Source of the DNA: Escherichia coli
GTDB lineage: Bacteria; Pseudomonadota; Gammaproteobacteria; Enterobacterales; Enterobacteriaceae
Reading direction: 5' to 3' (one strand)
NCBI RefSeq assembly: GCF_030013595.1
Contig: NZ_CP122768.1
DNA: 64,000 nucleotides
Below the pieces are notes generated by a model. That model saw nothing but the letters and a program-made list of their open reading frames with translations, had not been told where the DNA came from and ran no database searches. A program made the position numbers and the translations under genes. This document shows positions 1-12,682 of the stretch, one piece after another. The number at the start of each line of letters is the position of its first letter. Within the stretch, counting starts at the first letter, position 1.

Positions 1-241
1 ACGGGAGATTATCAATTTAATGTTCAGCCAGGGTATATCCTGGATAACTGCCGTGCGTATCAGGCATAAACTATCACTTGCTGAAGTAAGTAAAATGTTA
101 GGTATCTCCATTAATTCTCTAAAACAGATCGAAAAGACGGAACGGCTTAGTTCAAACATCAAAAGCAAAATGGCAGGAATTTATGGTTGTCCACCAGAGT
201 TGCTGATATGCCCTTCCTGGATGACGGCTGAACATAAATGA
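1..241 (+). CDS. XRE-family HTH protein, 3' portion (reading frame open to window start)
   Basis: Frame is open from position 2 to the stop at 239-241; LSLAEVSKMLGISINSLKQIEKTERL resembles an HTH_3 motif; N-terminus lies outside the window. Confidence 0.35.
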   Translation, partial: REIINLMFSQGISWITAVRIRHKLSLAEVSKMLGISINSLKQIEKTERLSSNIKSKMAGIYGCPPELLICPSWMTAEHK

Positions 242-339
242 ATAGATTCGTGAATAGATACTTGAATGTATTTTATTTTCTATCCATATGAAAAATAATA
301 GTAAATCTATAAATCAGTTGCTATTGATGAATAGATACT

Positions 340-368
340 AAAAAGCCGGAGCAGTCTCCCGCTCCGGC
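340..368 (-). terminator. rho-independent terminator downstream of deoD
   Basis: GCCGGAGC / GCTCCGGC 8-bp stem with 8-nt loop (345-368), followed on the minus strand by a T-run (340-344). Confidence 0.5.
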
Positions 369-401
369 TTCACAAGGCAATCGCCTTTCAGCAAAACACA
401 A

Positions 402-1121
402 TTACTCTTTATCGCCCAGCAGAACGGATTCCAGTGCGATTTTGATCATGTCGTTGAAGGTGGTCTGACGCTCAGCGGCAGTGGTCTGCTCGTGAGTGCG
501 GATGTGGTCAGATACGGTACAGATGGTCAGGGCTTTCGCGCCAAATTCTGCAGCGACGCCGTAGATACCAGCTGCTTCCATTTCCACGCCGAGGATGCCG
601 TATTTTTCCATCACGTCGAACATTTCGCCGTCCGGAGAGTAGAACAGGTCAGCGGAGAACAGGTTACCAACGCGAGCATCAACGCCCAGTGCTTTAGCCG
701 CGTCTACCGCGTTACGCACCATGTCAAAGTCAGCGATAGCGGCAAAGTCATGGTCTTTAAAACGGATACGGTTAACTTTGGAATCGGTGCAGGCACCCAT
801 ACCGATAACGACGTCGCGCAGTTTTATGTGTGGCAGAACAGCGCCACAGGAGCCTACGCGGATAATTTTCTTCACGCCGAAATCGGTGATCAGTTCTTTG
901 GTGTAGATGGAGCAGGACGGGATACCCATACCGTGACCCATTACGGAAATTTTGCGGCCTTTGTAAGTACCGGTGAAGCCCAGCATACCGCGAACGTTGT
1001 TCACTTCACGGGCATCTTCAAGGAAAGTTTCAGCAATATACTTCGCACGCAGCGGGTCGCCTGGCATCAAAACTACGTCAGCGAAATCGCCCATTTCTGC
1101 ATTAATGTGTGGGGTAGCCAT
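402..1121 (-). CDS. deoD: purine nucleoside phosphorylase
   Basis: Translation from [28 protein letters not shown] matches DeoD; ATG at 1121-1119; 239 aa. Confidence 0.95.
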   Translation of the reverse strand: MATPHINAEMGDFADVVLMPGDPLRAKYIAETFLEDAREVNNVRGMLGFTGTYKGRKISVMGHGMGIPSCSIYTKELITDFGVKKIIRVGSCGAVLPHIKLRDVVIGMGACTDSKVNRIRFKDHDFAAIADFDMVRNAVDAAKALGVDARVGNLFSADLFYSPDGEMFDVMEKYGILGVEMEAAGIYGVAAEFGAKALTICTVSDHIRTHEQTTAAERQTTFNDMIKIALESVLLGDKE

Positions 1122-1177
1122 TGTTTTATCCTTTTTGTGACATAACAAAGGCGGAGTCAACGCTCCGCCCAAATCCA

Positions 1178-2422
<1,245 letters not shown>

Positions 2423-2452
2423 TCAAATTTAAATGATCAGATCAGTATACCG

Positions 2453-3775
2453 TTATTCACTGATACGACGATAGACAGTTGGTGTGCTTTCCGGTGCTTT
2501 ATCGGCAAGTTTAATTGCCGCTTTCACCGCTTTAGCCGCTTCCTGCCAGCTGTTTTCGTCTTTCGCGTGGATAACCGCCAGCGGACGCTGACCGTCTACC
2601 TGGTCGCCCAGACGCGCCATATCAGTAAAGCCGACGCTGTAATCGATGGTGTCAGATGCCTGACGGCGTCCGCCGCCCATTGCAACCACTGCCATCCCCA
2701 GCGCACGGGTATCCATTTCACTGACAAAACCTTCGGTATCAGCATAGACTGCTTTCGTCAGCATCGCTGTCGGTAGATACTTCGCGTAGTTCTCAACGAA
2801 GTCAGTCGGGCCTTTTTGTGCCGCTACCATACGACCAAAGACTTCTGCCGCTTTACCGTTGTCCAGCACCGCCTGCAATTTCGCGCGCGCTTCGGCGTCA
2901 TCTTTCGCCAGTTTGCCGGAGATAAGCATCTCTACGCACAGCGCCATCGTGACATCAAACAGACGCGGGTTACGATACTCACCCGTCAGGAACTGCACCG
3001 CTTCACGAACTTCAACCGCGTTACCTGCACTGGAGGCCAGTACCTGATTCATATCGGTGAGCAGCGCGGTGGTACGCACGCCAGCGCCGTTAGCCACGCC
3101 AACAATCGCTTCGGCAAGGGCTTCAGAGAGTTCGTAGGTCGGCATAAACGCGCCGCTACCCACTTTCACGTCCATCACCAGCGCGTCCAGACCTTCCGCC
3201 AGTTTCTTCGCCAGAATAGAGGCGGTGATCAGCGGGATGGAGTCCACGGTTGCGGTAATATCACGGGTCGCGTAGAAACGTTTATCCGCCGGAGCCAGTG
3301 AGCTGGTCTGGCCGATAATCGCCACGCCGACGTCTTTAATAATTTCGCGGAAACGGTTGTCATCCGGGAAAATGTCGAAGCCAGGGATGGATTCCAGTTT
3401 GTCGAGCGTACCGCCAGTATGACCGAGGCCGCGACCGGAGATCATCGGAATATAGCCGCCGCAGGCTGCGACCATCGGCCCCAACATCAGCGAAGTCACA
3501 TCGCCGACGCCACCGGTGGAGTGTTTATCAACAATTGGGCCATTCAGATGCAGGCTTTTCCAGTCGAGAACGGTTCCTGAATCTCGCATCGCCATGGTCA
3601 GCGAGACACGCTCAGGCATTGTCATATCGTGGAAGAAAATGGTCATCGCGAGAGCGGCAATCTGCCCTTCGGAGATAGTGTTGTCGCGAATACCGTTGAT
3701 AAAGAAACGAATTTCTTCATCGCTCAGCGCATGACCATCACGTTTTTTACGAATAATTTCTTGTGCGAGAAACAA
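2453..3775 (-). CDS. deoA: thymidine phosphorylase
   Basis: Translation (M)[24 protein letters not shown] matches DeoA; TTG start at 3775-3773 preceded by GGGAGG; 440 aa. Confidence 0.92.
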
Positions 3776-3852
3776 GGTAACCTCCCGTGGAAAAGAGACG
3801 AGGTAATCGGGGAACCGGATGAGCATCGCTGCGTCATCCGGCAAATCAAGCC

Positions 3853-4632
3853 TTAGTAGCTGCTGGCGCTCTTACCGTCGCCGTGGCCCAGAGCCTTCAG
3901 CAGGCTTGCCAGCAGGCTGGAAGCGCCAAAGCGGTAGTGACGCGCATCGGCCCAATCAGCGCCGAACAGTTCATCGGCGATGGCGAGATATTTCTGCGCA
4001 TCTTCCGCAGTACGCACGCCGCCCGCCGGTTTGAAACCAACGGTTTTTTCTACGCCCATATCACGGATCACTTCCATCATGATGCGCGCGCTTTCCGGCG
4101 TCGCGTTCACTGCCACTTTACCGGTAGAGGTTTTGATGAAGTCAGCACCCGCTTTGATGGAGATTTCAGACGCTTTACGGATCAGCGCTTCGTCTTTCAG
4201 TTCGCCGGTTTCGATGATCACTTTCAGCAGTACATTCGCTGCCGCACAAGCATCTTTACAGGCTTTCACCAGGTCAAAACCAACCTGCTCGTTACCTGCC
4301 ATCAGCGCACGGTACGGGAACACTACGTCAACTTCATCGGCACCGTAGGCGATTGCCGCACGGGTTTCTGCCAGCGCGATGTCGATGTCATCGTTACCGT
4401 GTGGGAAATTAGTTACCGTAGCGATACGGATTTCCGGGGTGCCCTGCTCTTTCAGCGTTTTGCGAGCAATCGGGATAAAGCGAGGATAGATACAGATAGC
4501 GGCGGTATTGCCGACCGGAGTTTTGGCCTGATGACACAGAGCAATTACTTTCTCGTCGGTGTCGTCGTCATTCAGGGTGGTCAGGTCCATCAATTTCAGT
4601 GCACGCAGGCTGCTTGCTTTCAGATCAGTCAT
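3853..4632 (-). CDS. deoC: deoxyribose-phosphate aldolase
   Basis: Translation [29 protein letters not shown] matches DeoC; ATG at 4632-4630; 259 aa. Confidence 0.95.
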
Positions 4633-4889
4633 TTCATTCTCCTGGCTTGTCGCCAATAAAATTCACCTTGCGAGTTTGTTAGTATTCTAACATCTACTCC
4701 GCAACACACTTCGATATACATCACAATTAAGGAAATCTACTTACAAGTTTGCATCACTGTAATGCGATCTGGTTCAAATAATTCACTTTCAAATGAATGC
4801 GTCAGTGGTGGCAAACGCATCAGGATCAAAGTGAACATCACGAAACTTCTTACAATGGCGCATCACCTTCGGCATAAAAGGAAAAGAAG

Positions 4890-6440
4890 ATGCCCACTTC
4901 TCATGAGATTGCACTGCAACAACGTTGCCAGCAAATTGTCACCAGTCCGGTACTTAGCCCGGAGCAGAAGCGCCATTTTCTGGCGCTGGAAGCAGAAAAC
5001 AATCTGCCTTATCCGCAGCTTCCTGCCGAAGCCCGCCGCGCGCTGGATGAGGGTGTAATCTGCGATATGTTTGAAGGTCATGCGCCGTACAAACCGCGCT
5101 ATGTCTTACCCGATTACGCCCGTTTTCTGGCGAACGGTTCCGAATGGCTGGAGCTGGAAGGCGCGAAAGATCTTGATGATGCACTCTCTCTGCTGACCAT
5201 TCTTTACCACCACGTACCGTCGGTCACATCGATGCCGGTCTACCTGGGGCAACTAGATGCGTTGTTGCAACCGTATGTTAGAATTCTAACACAAGACGAG
5301 ATCGATATTCGAATAAAACGTTTCTGGCGTTACCTCGACAGAACCCTGCCAGACGCCTTTATGCACGCCAATATCGGCCCGTCTGATTCGCCCATCACCC
5401 GTGCAATCTTACGTGCAGATGCAGAGCTGAAGCAGGTTTCACCGAACCTGACCTTTATCTACGATCCTGAAATCACCCCTGATGACCTGCTGCAGGAAGT
5501 GGCGAAGAACATCTGTGAATGTAGCAAACCGCACATCGCCAACGGTCCGGTGCATGATAAAATTTTCACAAAAGGGGGCTACGGGATTGTGAGCTGTTAC
5601 AACTCACTGCCGCTGGCGGGTGGTGGCAGCACGCTGGTACGCCTTAACCTGAAAGCCATTGCCGAGCGCAGCGAATCGCTGGAAGACTTCTTTACGCGCA
5701 CTCTACCGCACTACTGCCAGCAGCAGATCGCCATCATCGATGCGCGGTGTGAATTCCTCTATCAACAATCACACTTCTTTGAGAATAGCTTCCTGGTGAA
5801 AGAAGGGCTGATTAACCCTGAACGTTTTGTGCCAATGTTTGGCATGTATGGGCTGGCGGAAGCGGTTAACTTGCTGTGTGAAAAAGAAGGGATTGCCGCG
5901 CGCTACGGTAAAGAGGCCGCCGCAAATGAAGTGGGTTATCGCATCAGCGCGCAACTGGCGGAGTTTGTCGCCAATACCCCCGTGAAATATGGCTGGCAAA
6001 AACGCGCCATGTTGCACGCACAGTCGGGGATCAGTTCTGATATCGGCACCACGCCGGGCGCACGCTTGCCGTATGGCGATGAGCCAGATCCGATCACCCA
6101 TCTGCAAACTGTCGCCCCGCATCATGCTTATTATTATTCCGGCATCAGCGACATTCTGACGCTCGACGAAACCATCAAACGTAATCCGCAGGCGCTGGTA
6201 CAGCTTTGCCTCGGTGCCTTTAAAGCCGGAATGCGTGAATTTACCGCCAATGTCAGCGGTAACGATCTGGTTCGCGTTACCGGTTATATGGTGCGTTTGT
6301 CGGATTTAGAAAAATATCGCGCCGAAGGTTCACGTACCAACACCACCTGGCTGGGCGAAGAGGCCGCACGCAATACTCGTATTCTGGAACGCCAGCCGCG
6401 CGTGATAAGCCATGAACAGCAGATGCGCTTTAGTCAGTAA
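4890..6440 (+). CDS. yjjI: YjjI family protein (glycine-radical-enzyme-like)
   Basis: 516-aa ORF in the conserved position between deoC and yjjW; translation matches YjjI as recalled. Confidence 0.88.
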   Translation: MPTSHEIALQQRCQQIVTSPVLSPEQKRHFLALEAENNLPYPQLPAEARRALDEGVICDMFEGHAPYKPRYVLPDYARFLANGSEWLELEGAKDLDDALSLLTILYHHVPSVTSMPVYLGQLDALLQPYVRILTQDEIDIRIKRFWRYLDRTLPDAFMHANIGPSDSPITRAILRADAELKQVSPNLTFIYDPEITPDDLLQEVAKNICECSKPHIANGPVHDKIFTKGGYGIVSCYNSLPLAGGGSTLVRLNLKAIAERSESLEDFFTRTLPHYCQQQIAIIDARCEFLYQQSHFFENSFLVKEGLINPERFVPMFGMYGLAEAVNLLCEKEGIAARYGKEAAANEVGYRISAQLAEFVANTPVKYGWQKRAMLHAQSGISSDIGTTPGARLPYGDEPDPITHLQTVAPHHAYYYSGISDILTLDETIKRNPQALVQLCLGAFKAGMREFTANVSGNDLVRVTGYMVRLSDLEKYRAEGSRTNTTWLGEEAARNTRILERQPRVISHEQQMRFSQ

Positions 6441-7275
6441 GATTATCCCCTTCTCCTGCGTTGACGGGCCAGGCAGTCGTCTGGCTCTGTTTTTGCAGGG
6501 CTGCAATCTGCGTTGCAAAAATTGTCACAATCCGTGGACGATGGGACGCTGCAATGACTGTGGAGAGTGCGTGCCGCAGTGTCCGCATCAGGCGTTGCAG
6601 ATTGTTGACGGCAAAGTGGTGTGGAACGCTGTGGTTTGCGAGCAATGTGATACCTGCCTGAAGAGGTGTCCGCAACATGCCACGCCAATGGCGCAATCCA
6701 TGAGCGTGGATGAGGTGCTTAGCCATATCCGCAAAGCGGTGCTGTTTATTGAAGGGATAACGGTAAGCGGCGGCGAAGCCACGACCCAACTGCCGTTTGT
6801 AGTGGCGCTGTTTACTGCTATCAAAAACGATCCGCAACTGCGCCACCTCACCTGCCTGGTGGACAGTAACGGTATGTTGAGCGAAACCGGCTGGGAAAAA
6901 TTGCTCCCGGTGTGCGACGGCGCAATGCTCGATCTCAAAGCGTGGGGGAGCGAATGTCATCAGCAATTAACCGGACGCGATAATCAGCAGATTAAGCGCA
7001 GCATCTGTTTGCTGGCAGAGCGCGGTAAGCTGGCGGAACTGCGTTTGCTGGTAATCCCTGGCCAGGTGGATTATTTGCAACACATCGAAGAACTGGCGGC
7101 GTTTATCAAGGGACTTGGCGATGTTCCGGTACGCCTGAACGCGTTTCATGCCCACGGCGTGTATGGCGAAGCGCAAAGCTGGCCGAGCGCCACACCGGAA
7201 GATGTTGAGCAGTTGGCTGATGCGTTAAAGGTGCGCGGGGTGAGCCGGTTGATATTTCCGGCGCTGTATTTGTGA
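6412..7275 (+). CDS. yjjW: radical SAM activating enzyme YjjW
   Basis: 287-aa ORF with cysteine clusters ([23 protein letters not shown]); overlaps yjjI end; true start may be slightly downstream. Confidence 0.85.
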   Translation: MNSRCALVSKIIPFSCVDGPGSRLALFLQGCNLRCKNCHNPWTMGRCNDCGECVPQCPHQALQIVDGKVVWNAVVCEQCDTCLKRCPQHATPMAQSMSVDEVLSHIRKAVLFIEGITVSGGEATTQLPFVVALFTAIKNDPQLRHLTCLVDSNGMLSETGWEKLLPVCDGAMLDLKAWGSECHQQLTGRDNQQIKRSICLLAERGKLAELRLLVIPGQVDYLQHIEELAAFIKGLGDVPVRLNAFHAHGVYGEAQSWPSATPEDVEQLADALKVRGVSRLIFPALYL

Positions 7276-7308
7276 CATGCCGGATGTGGCGTAAACGCCT
7301 TGTCCGGC

Positions 7309-8088
7309 CTACGGCACGTTAAACACTGCATACGTGTTATTAAGCAACACTTCGGCAATCTCATCTTCTGGTTCCGGGCGTAACTCGCAAAGCACGGCAA
7401 ACACCCGCGCGGCCTGTTCCGGGCGATTAGGCTGCCCCTGAAAACCGTTGAGCGGCATATCCGGCGCGTCGGTTTCCAGCAACAACGATGCCAGCGGTAA
7501 TTTTGCGATGACATCGCGGGTTTTACTGGCGCGTGGATAGGTGATAGTACCGCCTACGCCGATTTTGTAGCCCAGCTGTACAAACCGCTCGGCCTGTTGC
7601 AGGCTGCCGGAAAAACCGTGAACCACGCCAGTGCGCGATAAATCGTGGCGTTTAAGATGCATCGCCAGTTTGTCGTGCGTGCGCCGTGAATGCAGGATCA
7701 CCGGCAGATCGTAGCGTTTCGCCAGTTTCAGTTGTTCGTCGAGTAACCACTGCTGCCTCTCAAATTGCGGATCGTCGCCGAAGAGATCCAGACCGATCTC
7801 CCCCACTGCCACCACCTTCGCCGGACGCCTTTCCAGCGCCTGCTGTAGCTGATCAAGAGACACATCGCTATGTTTTTCTAACATCCCCGGATGCAACCCT
7901 AACGAGGCATACAGCGGTTGATAATTTTCCGCTAATGCCAACACACGGGCAAAATTTGCCGCCTCTGTCGCCGGAACAATGATCTTGCCTACGCCCGCTT
8001 GTGCCGCGCGTTGCAGGCTGGCCTCTTCATCGCCACTAAAAGGCGGGAAATCAAAATGGCAGTGGGTATCGATAAAACGGCAAATCAA
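7309..8088 (-). CDS. yjjV: TatD-family metal-dependent hydrolase
   Basis: 259-aa ORF; N-terminal FIDTHCHFDF motif typical of TatD family. Confidence 0.85.
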   Translation of the reverse strand: MICRFIDTHCHFDFPPFSGDEEASLQRAAQAGVGKIIVPATEAANFARVLALAENYQPLYASLGLHPGMLEKHSDVSLDQLQQALERRPAKVVAVGEIGLDLFGDDPQFERQQWLLDEQLKLAKRYDLPVILHSRRTHDKLAMHLKRHDLSRTGVVHGFSGSLQQAERFVQLGYKIGVGGTITYPRASKTRDVIAKLPLASLLLETDAPDMPLNGFQGQPNRPEQAARVFAVLCELRPEPEDEIAEVLLNNTYAVFNVP

Positions 8089-9194
8089 GCCAGATCCTCA
8101 TTGTTAAATGTCGGGTCGTTCGCCTGCGGAGCGTCGCTCACTTCGGCAACCAGCGTATCGTTGGCGACTGGCGCAGGCGGAATGACAATCGATTCCGGCG
8201 TCACCACTGGCACCAGATGGCGGGTTAGCGGCGCTTTTTCAGTTAATAGCTTGCCAACCGTTGCCAGGAAATAACGACCGCATAAACGCCCAAGTTTATA
8301 GTCTTCACGCAGCGCCGGAATCCGACTGCCAAGCGCGATACTATGCAATGGCTTCGGCGGATAAATTTCGAATATCCGCAGTTTGCCCGGTGGTTTCTCA
8401 ATAAATTGCTGAATGTCACGATAGCTGGTTTCATGATGCTGCACCAGATTGACCAGCGGCTGCAGGCTACTGTCACCCAGCCAGCGTTCCATGCGTTTGA
8501 ACCACTGCGGCGTGTAGTACATTTGCGACGGCACGGTGCGGATGACGACCAAGGTTTTTGCTCCCTGCCTTGCCGCCTCTTTAACCGGAATCGCATCACT
8601 GATCCCGCCATCCAGGTAGTTAATGCCTTCCAGCGACACTCCGCTACGATAAAAGCCAGGTATCGCACTGGAGGCGCGAATCACATCCAGCCAGTTTTGT
8701 TTGGTTGGTAAAAAGTAATTCGGCGCATAGTCATCCTGACGACAGGCGCACATATAAAACGATTTGCCGCTGTCAAACAACCGCGCGGCGGTATCCATTT
8801 GCAACGGCATCTGGCTTGCAGTGGCCTCCACCAGCCAGTCGAGATCGATAAGATTTCCTCCACGGACAAAGCGCAATGGATCGAAAAATTCGCGTTTTGT
8901 GGTATAGCGCATGATGACTTTGCGCGCGTAACCGGGCTGATTGCAGATATACGCCGAGAGGTTCTGCGCCCCGGCAGATGTGCCGAGATAAAGATCGAAA
9001 GGATTAAACTGCGCGCGCATAAACTCATCCAGCACGCCAGCCGTGAAAATTCCACGCTGTCCGCCGCCTTCGCACACCAGAGCTATTCGTCCAGGCTGGA
9101 ACGGCCTTAGCGACAACGGCGCAATATTACCAAGCGTTACAGGTATTCGCTGCCCCACCTCTGCCTTCCTGTTTTTGTTGTGAAAGAATGACAA
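8085..9194 (-). CDS. yjjU: patatin-like phospholipase
   Basis: GGGQRGIFTAGVLDEF and GTSAGA patatin motifs; exact start codon uncertain. Confidence 0.8.
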   Translation of the reverse strand: MSFFHNKNRKAEVGQRIPVTLGNIAPLSLRPFQPGRIALVCEGGGQRGIFTAGVLDEFMRAQFNPFDLYLGTSAGAQNLSAYICNQPGYARKVIMRYTTKREFFDPLRFVRGGNLIDLDWLVEATASQMPLQMDTAARLFDSGKSFYMCACRQDDYAPNYFLPTKQNWLDVIRASSAIPGFYRSGVSLEGINYLDGGISDAIPVKEAARQGAKTLVVIRTVPSQMYYTPQWFKRMERWLGDSSLQPLVNLVQHHETSYRDIQQFIEKPPGKLRIFEIYPPKPLHSIALGSRIPALREDYKLGRLCGRYFLATVGKLLTEKAPLTRHLVPVVTPESIVIPPAPVANDTLVAEVSDAPQANDPTFNNEDLA

Positions 9195-9279
9195 AGTAAC
9201 GCAATTTATTATTCGCTAAAACCGCAAAAGCCAGTCCGCTGGACTGGCTTTGGATAAAATTTTCTTAATGGTCTGAAAT

Positions 9280-9441
9280 CTAGGGTCGTTTTCGGCCCAT
9301 GAACAAACTCACCAGGAACAGAATAATCCCGACGACAAAGACAATTTTAGCTGCGCCTGCAGCGGTACCGGCCAGACCACCAAACCCAAGTGCGGCGGCG
9401 ATTAACGCGATAACCAGAAATATGATGCCCCAACGAAACAT
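9280..9441 (-). CDS. ytjA: small membrane protein (DUF1328)
   Basis: [53 protein letters not shown]; 53 aa from internal ATG of the 63-aa ORF. Confidence 0.7.
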
Positions 9442-9567
9442 AAGCGTCTCCTTTACCATAGTTAATGTCACCGCTTGATATGAGCGTGAAAATCACACAA
9501 TGCGATATTTTTAGTGTGGTGCACATCGCGCCTCCCGACAAAGTTCGGGAGGACGAATTACGACGAA

Positions 9568-10173
9568 TTACTTAGTTTTCAGATCATTTTTAACGCTTTT
9601 CACACCATCTACCGCTTTGGCGATACTTTCAGCACGGTCGCTCTGTGCCTGGGAATCGACGGTACCGGAGAGCTGAACCACGCCGTCGGTGGTTTCAACT
9701 TTCACATGACGGGAAGGGACGATATCGTCCGCCAGCAGTTTGGCTTTGATTTCACTGGTGGTGGCGGTGTCACCCGCGTAGCCCTTCACAGAGCCTTCTT
9801 TAGCGTCGCGAACGTGCAGTTTGTCGCTGACAGAGGTCACGCCTTCAACGCCTTTCGCCACTTTCACTGCCTCTTCGGCCTGGGCCTGGCTTTCAACGAA
9901 ACCGCTCAGGGTCACGACTTTTTGATCGGTTTTGACAGAGATATCGGTGCTCTTGATGTTGTCATGATCCACCAGGGCCGCCTTCACTTTCGCGGTGATG
10001 GCGCTGTCATCCATGAAATTACCGACTTTATTCATAGAGCTATCGACTTTTTGCCCTGCGCTTTCATTGGTAGTCTGCGCGTTGTTTTCTGCGTAGGCAG
10101 AGCCGGTCGCGACGGCAGAGGTCAACATTACAGCCAGCAGAGTTTTCGAAATCTTCAGTCTTGTCATAGTCAT
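9568..10173 (-). CDS. osmY: osmotically inducible periplasmic protein OsmY
   Basis: Translation [28 protein letters not shown]... with two BON-like repeats; ATG at 10173-10171. Confidence 0.93.
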
Positions 10174-10565
10174 CGATTTATTCCTGTATGTTTGCTCGTA
10201 ATTTGAGCCTGGCAACACGAGGTTGCATTGCTGAATAGGGAGAGACTTCACCCTCTACAGAAGTCAATGGTCGCCATCACAAAAGCGATGGGTGATGAAT
10301 AACGACCATTACAGCCTCTGAATCAGTTATTAATATCGGTAGAATGACAATCGACGGCTTTAGATACTAATATCTACGCATTGAACGGTATTTAATGCCG
10401 TCAGAAATGTCATTACTTTGTTAAATATAGATCACAATTTTGAAACCGCTCGTGATATCAGCGAAAACATAAGCAAAAGTGAATGTTTTAAGAACATTCC
10501 GTAAGCGGCTAATAAGGAAGGGAAATTGACAGGGCGCAGCGGCTACCGCGCCCTAGAGGCAAGAA

Positions 10566-12152
10566 TTAATGCTCGCGGGTCTGGTGGAACTGAACGTCCG
10601 GATAACGTTCCTGCGCCAGACGCAGGTTGACCATGCTGGTAGCGATGTAAGCGAGGTTATCGCCGCCATCAAGCGCCAGTTGGCTTTCGTTCTTACGCTT
10701 GAACTCTTCGAATTTCTTCGCGTCCGCACATTCTACCCAGCGGGCAGTGGCAACGTTGACTGACTCATACACTGCTTCAACGTTGTATTCGCTCTTCAGG
10801 CGCGCTACCACCACATCAAACTGCAGCACACCAACTGCACCAACGATCAGGTCGTTGTTGGAGATCGGACGGAACACCTGCACCGCGCCCTCTTCGGAAA
10901 GCTGTACCAGCCCTTTGAGCAGCTGTTTTTGCTTCAGCGGATCTTTCAGGCGGATACGACGGAACAGTTCCGGTGCGAAGTTCGGAATACCGGTGAACTT
11001 CATCATCTCCCCCTGGGTAAAGGTGTCACCGATCTGAATAGTGCCGTGGTTGTGCAGGCCGAGGATATCGCCCGGATACGCTTCTTCAACGTGCGAACGG
11101 TCGCCCGCCATAAAGGTCAGCGCGTCGGAGATCACCACATCTTTCGCGGTGCGCACCTGGCGCAGCTTCATGCCTTTTTCATATTTACCGGATACCACGC
11201 GCATAAACGCCACGCGGTCGCGGTGTTTCGGGTCCATGTTGGCCTGAATTTTAAATACGAAGCCGGTAAATTTGTCTTCGCTCGCTTCTACGGTACGGGT
11301 ATCAGTCTGACGCGGCATCGGCGCAGGTGCCCACTCCACCAGGCCATCCAACATATGATCGACGCCGAAGTTACCTAGCGCAGTACCGAAGAATACCGGA
11401 GTGATTTCGCCCGCAAGGAATAATTCTTTGTCGAACTCGTTAGACGCGCCTTTCACCAGTTCCAGTTCGTCACGCAGCTGCTGCGCCAGATCTTCACCAA
11501 CCGCAGCATCGAGATCCGGGTTATTCAGCCCTTTAACAATGCGGACTTCCTGAATGGTGTGGCCTTTACCACTCTGATAAAGATAGGTTTCATCTTTATA
11601 AAGGTGGTAAACGCCTTTAAACAGCTTGCCGCAGCCAATCGGCCAGGTGATCGGCGCACAGCCGATTTTCAGCTCGTTCTCAACTTCATCGAGCAGTTCC
11701 ATCGGGTCGCGGATATCACGGTCAAGTTTGTTCATAAAGGTGAGGATCGGCGTGTCACGCAGACGGGTAACTTCCATCAGCTTGCGGGTACGATCTTCAA
11801 CACCTTTTGCGGCGTCGATAACCATCAGGCAGCAGTCCACCGCCGTCAGGGTACGATAGGTATCTTCCGAGAAGTCTTCGTGCCCCGGGGTGTCGAGCAG
11901 GTTAACCAGGCAATCGTGATACGGAAACTGCATCACAGACGTAGTAATGGAGATCCCACGCTGCTTTTCCATCTCCATCCAGTCCGACTTAGCGTGCTGG
12001 TTGGAACCACGGCCTTTTACTGTACCGGCGGTCTGAATGGCCTGTCCGAACAGCAGCACCTTCTCGGTGATGGTAGTCTTACCGGCGTCTGGGTGAGAAA
12101 TAATTGCAAAGGTTCTTCTTTTCGCTACCTCTGCGGCCAAAAGGCTTGTCAT
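10566..12152 (-). CDS. prfC: peptide chain release factor 3 (RF3); 5' end replaced by prophage attR sequence
   Basis: Translation [25 protein letters not shown]... matches PrfC; N-terminus here is [16 protein letters not shown] versus my recollection [17 protein letters not shown] for E. coli K-12, with the K-12-type 5' end found displaced at 57451-57501. Confidence 0.92.
12091..12104. repeat. attR core (direct repeat GGGTGAGAAATAAT)
   Basis: Identical 14-mer at 57437-57450; flanking sequence diverges between host and phage on each side. Confidence 0.65.
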
Positions 12153-12172
12153 AATTGTTGTCTCGTTGATTA

Positions 12173-12287
12173 TGTACAATCATATGTACAAAGAAAAATT
12201 CATGCCGCTGATTGTACATTTTGGAGGTATCAGAGCATAGCAGAACATGATCAGTAGGTGTATTTGTAGCCAAAGCTCATTTGTACA
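12173..12287. repeat. cluster of four TGTACA hexamers (putative integrase arm-type sites, attR arm)
   Basis: TGTACA at 12173, 12185, 12213 and 12282 in A/T-rich context just inside the prophage; similar cluster at the attL arm. Confidence 0.35.
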
Positions 12288-12306
12288 TGCCGCAATCTTC
12301 GTTCTA

Positions 12307-12356
12307 TTGACACTGTTTATTCACCCAGTTAAAAATAAGACTGTATACAAACACAG
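12307..12356 (+). promoter_or_regulatory. putative sigma70 promoter with LexA (SOS) box
   Basis: TTGACA at 12307-12312; CTGTATACAAACACAG (CTGT-N8-ACAG) at 12341-12356, immediately upstream of the dinI-like ORF. Confidence 0.6.
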
Positions 12357-12371
12357 TATAGAGGGAATTTT

Positions 12372-12591
12372 ATGCGTATTGAGATCTGCATAGCCAAAGA
12401 GAAAATGACTAAACTGCCAAACAGCGCTGTGGATGCGTTAGAAGGAAGAATTAACCCGACGCACCGGTAAGCGTTATGAAGATGTAGAGGTGATCGTAAA
12501 AGCCACCAGCAATGATGACCTTTCTGTTACACGCACCGCCGATAAAGATTCAGTTAAAATTTTTGTTCAGGACACTCTGAAAGATACCTAG
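12372..12591 (+). pseudogene. DinI-like protein gene, apparently frameshifted
   Basis: Frame 1 gives [23 protein letters not shown] then stops at 12468; an overlapping frame continues [49 protein letters not shown] to 12591; together they resemble DinI. Confidence 0.6.
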
Positions 12592-12644
12592 GAATTTGCT
12601 GACGAGTGATTTAGTTCATCATCTCTGGACACAATTCACTTGTA

Positions 12645-12673
12645 TTGACTTTAAGATCATTAAATTGTAATAA
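12645..12673 (+). promoter_or_regulatory. putative promoter of the membrane-protein/RT operon
   Basis: TTGACT at 12645-12650 and a TG-extended A/T-rich -10-like element about 17 bp downstream; AAGGA Shine-Dalgarno before the ATG at 12683. Confidence 0.4.
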
Positions 12674-12682
12674 TTCAAAAGG

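Noticed and set aside
10529-10553. AGGGCGC...GCGCCCT inverted repeat just downstream of prfC
   Set aside because: It is a possible terminator, but it lacks a T-run on the relevant strand; left unannotated.
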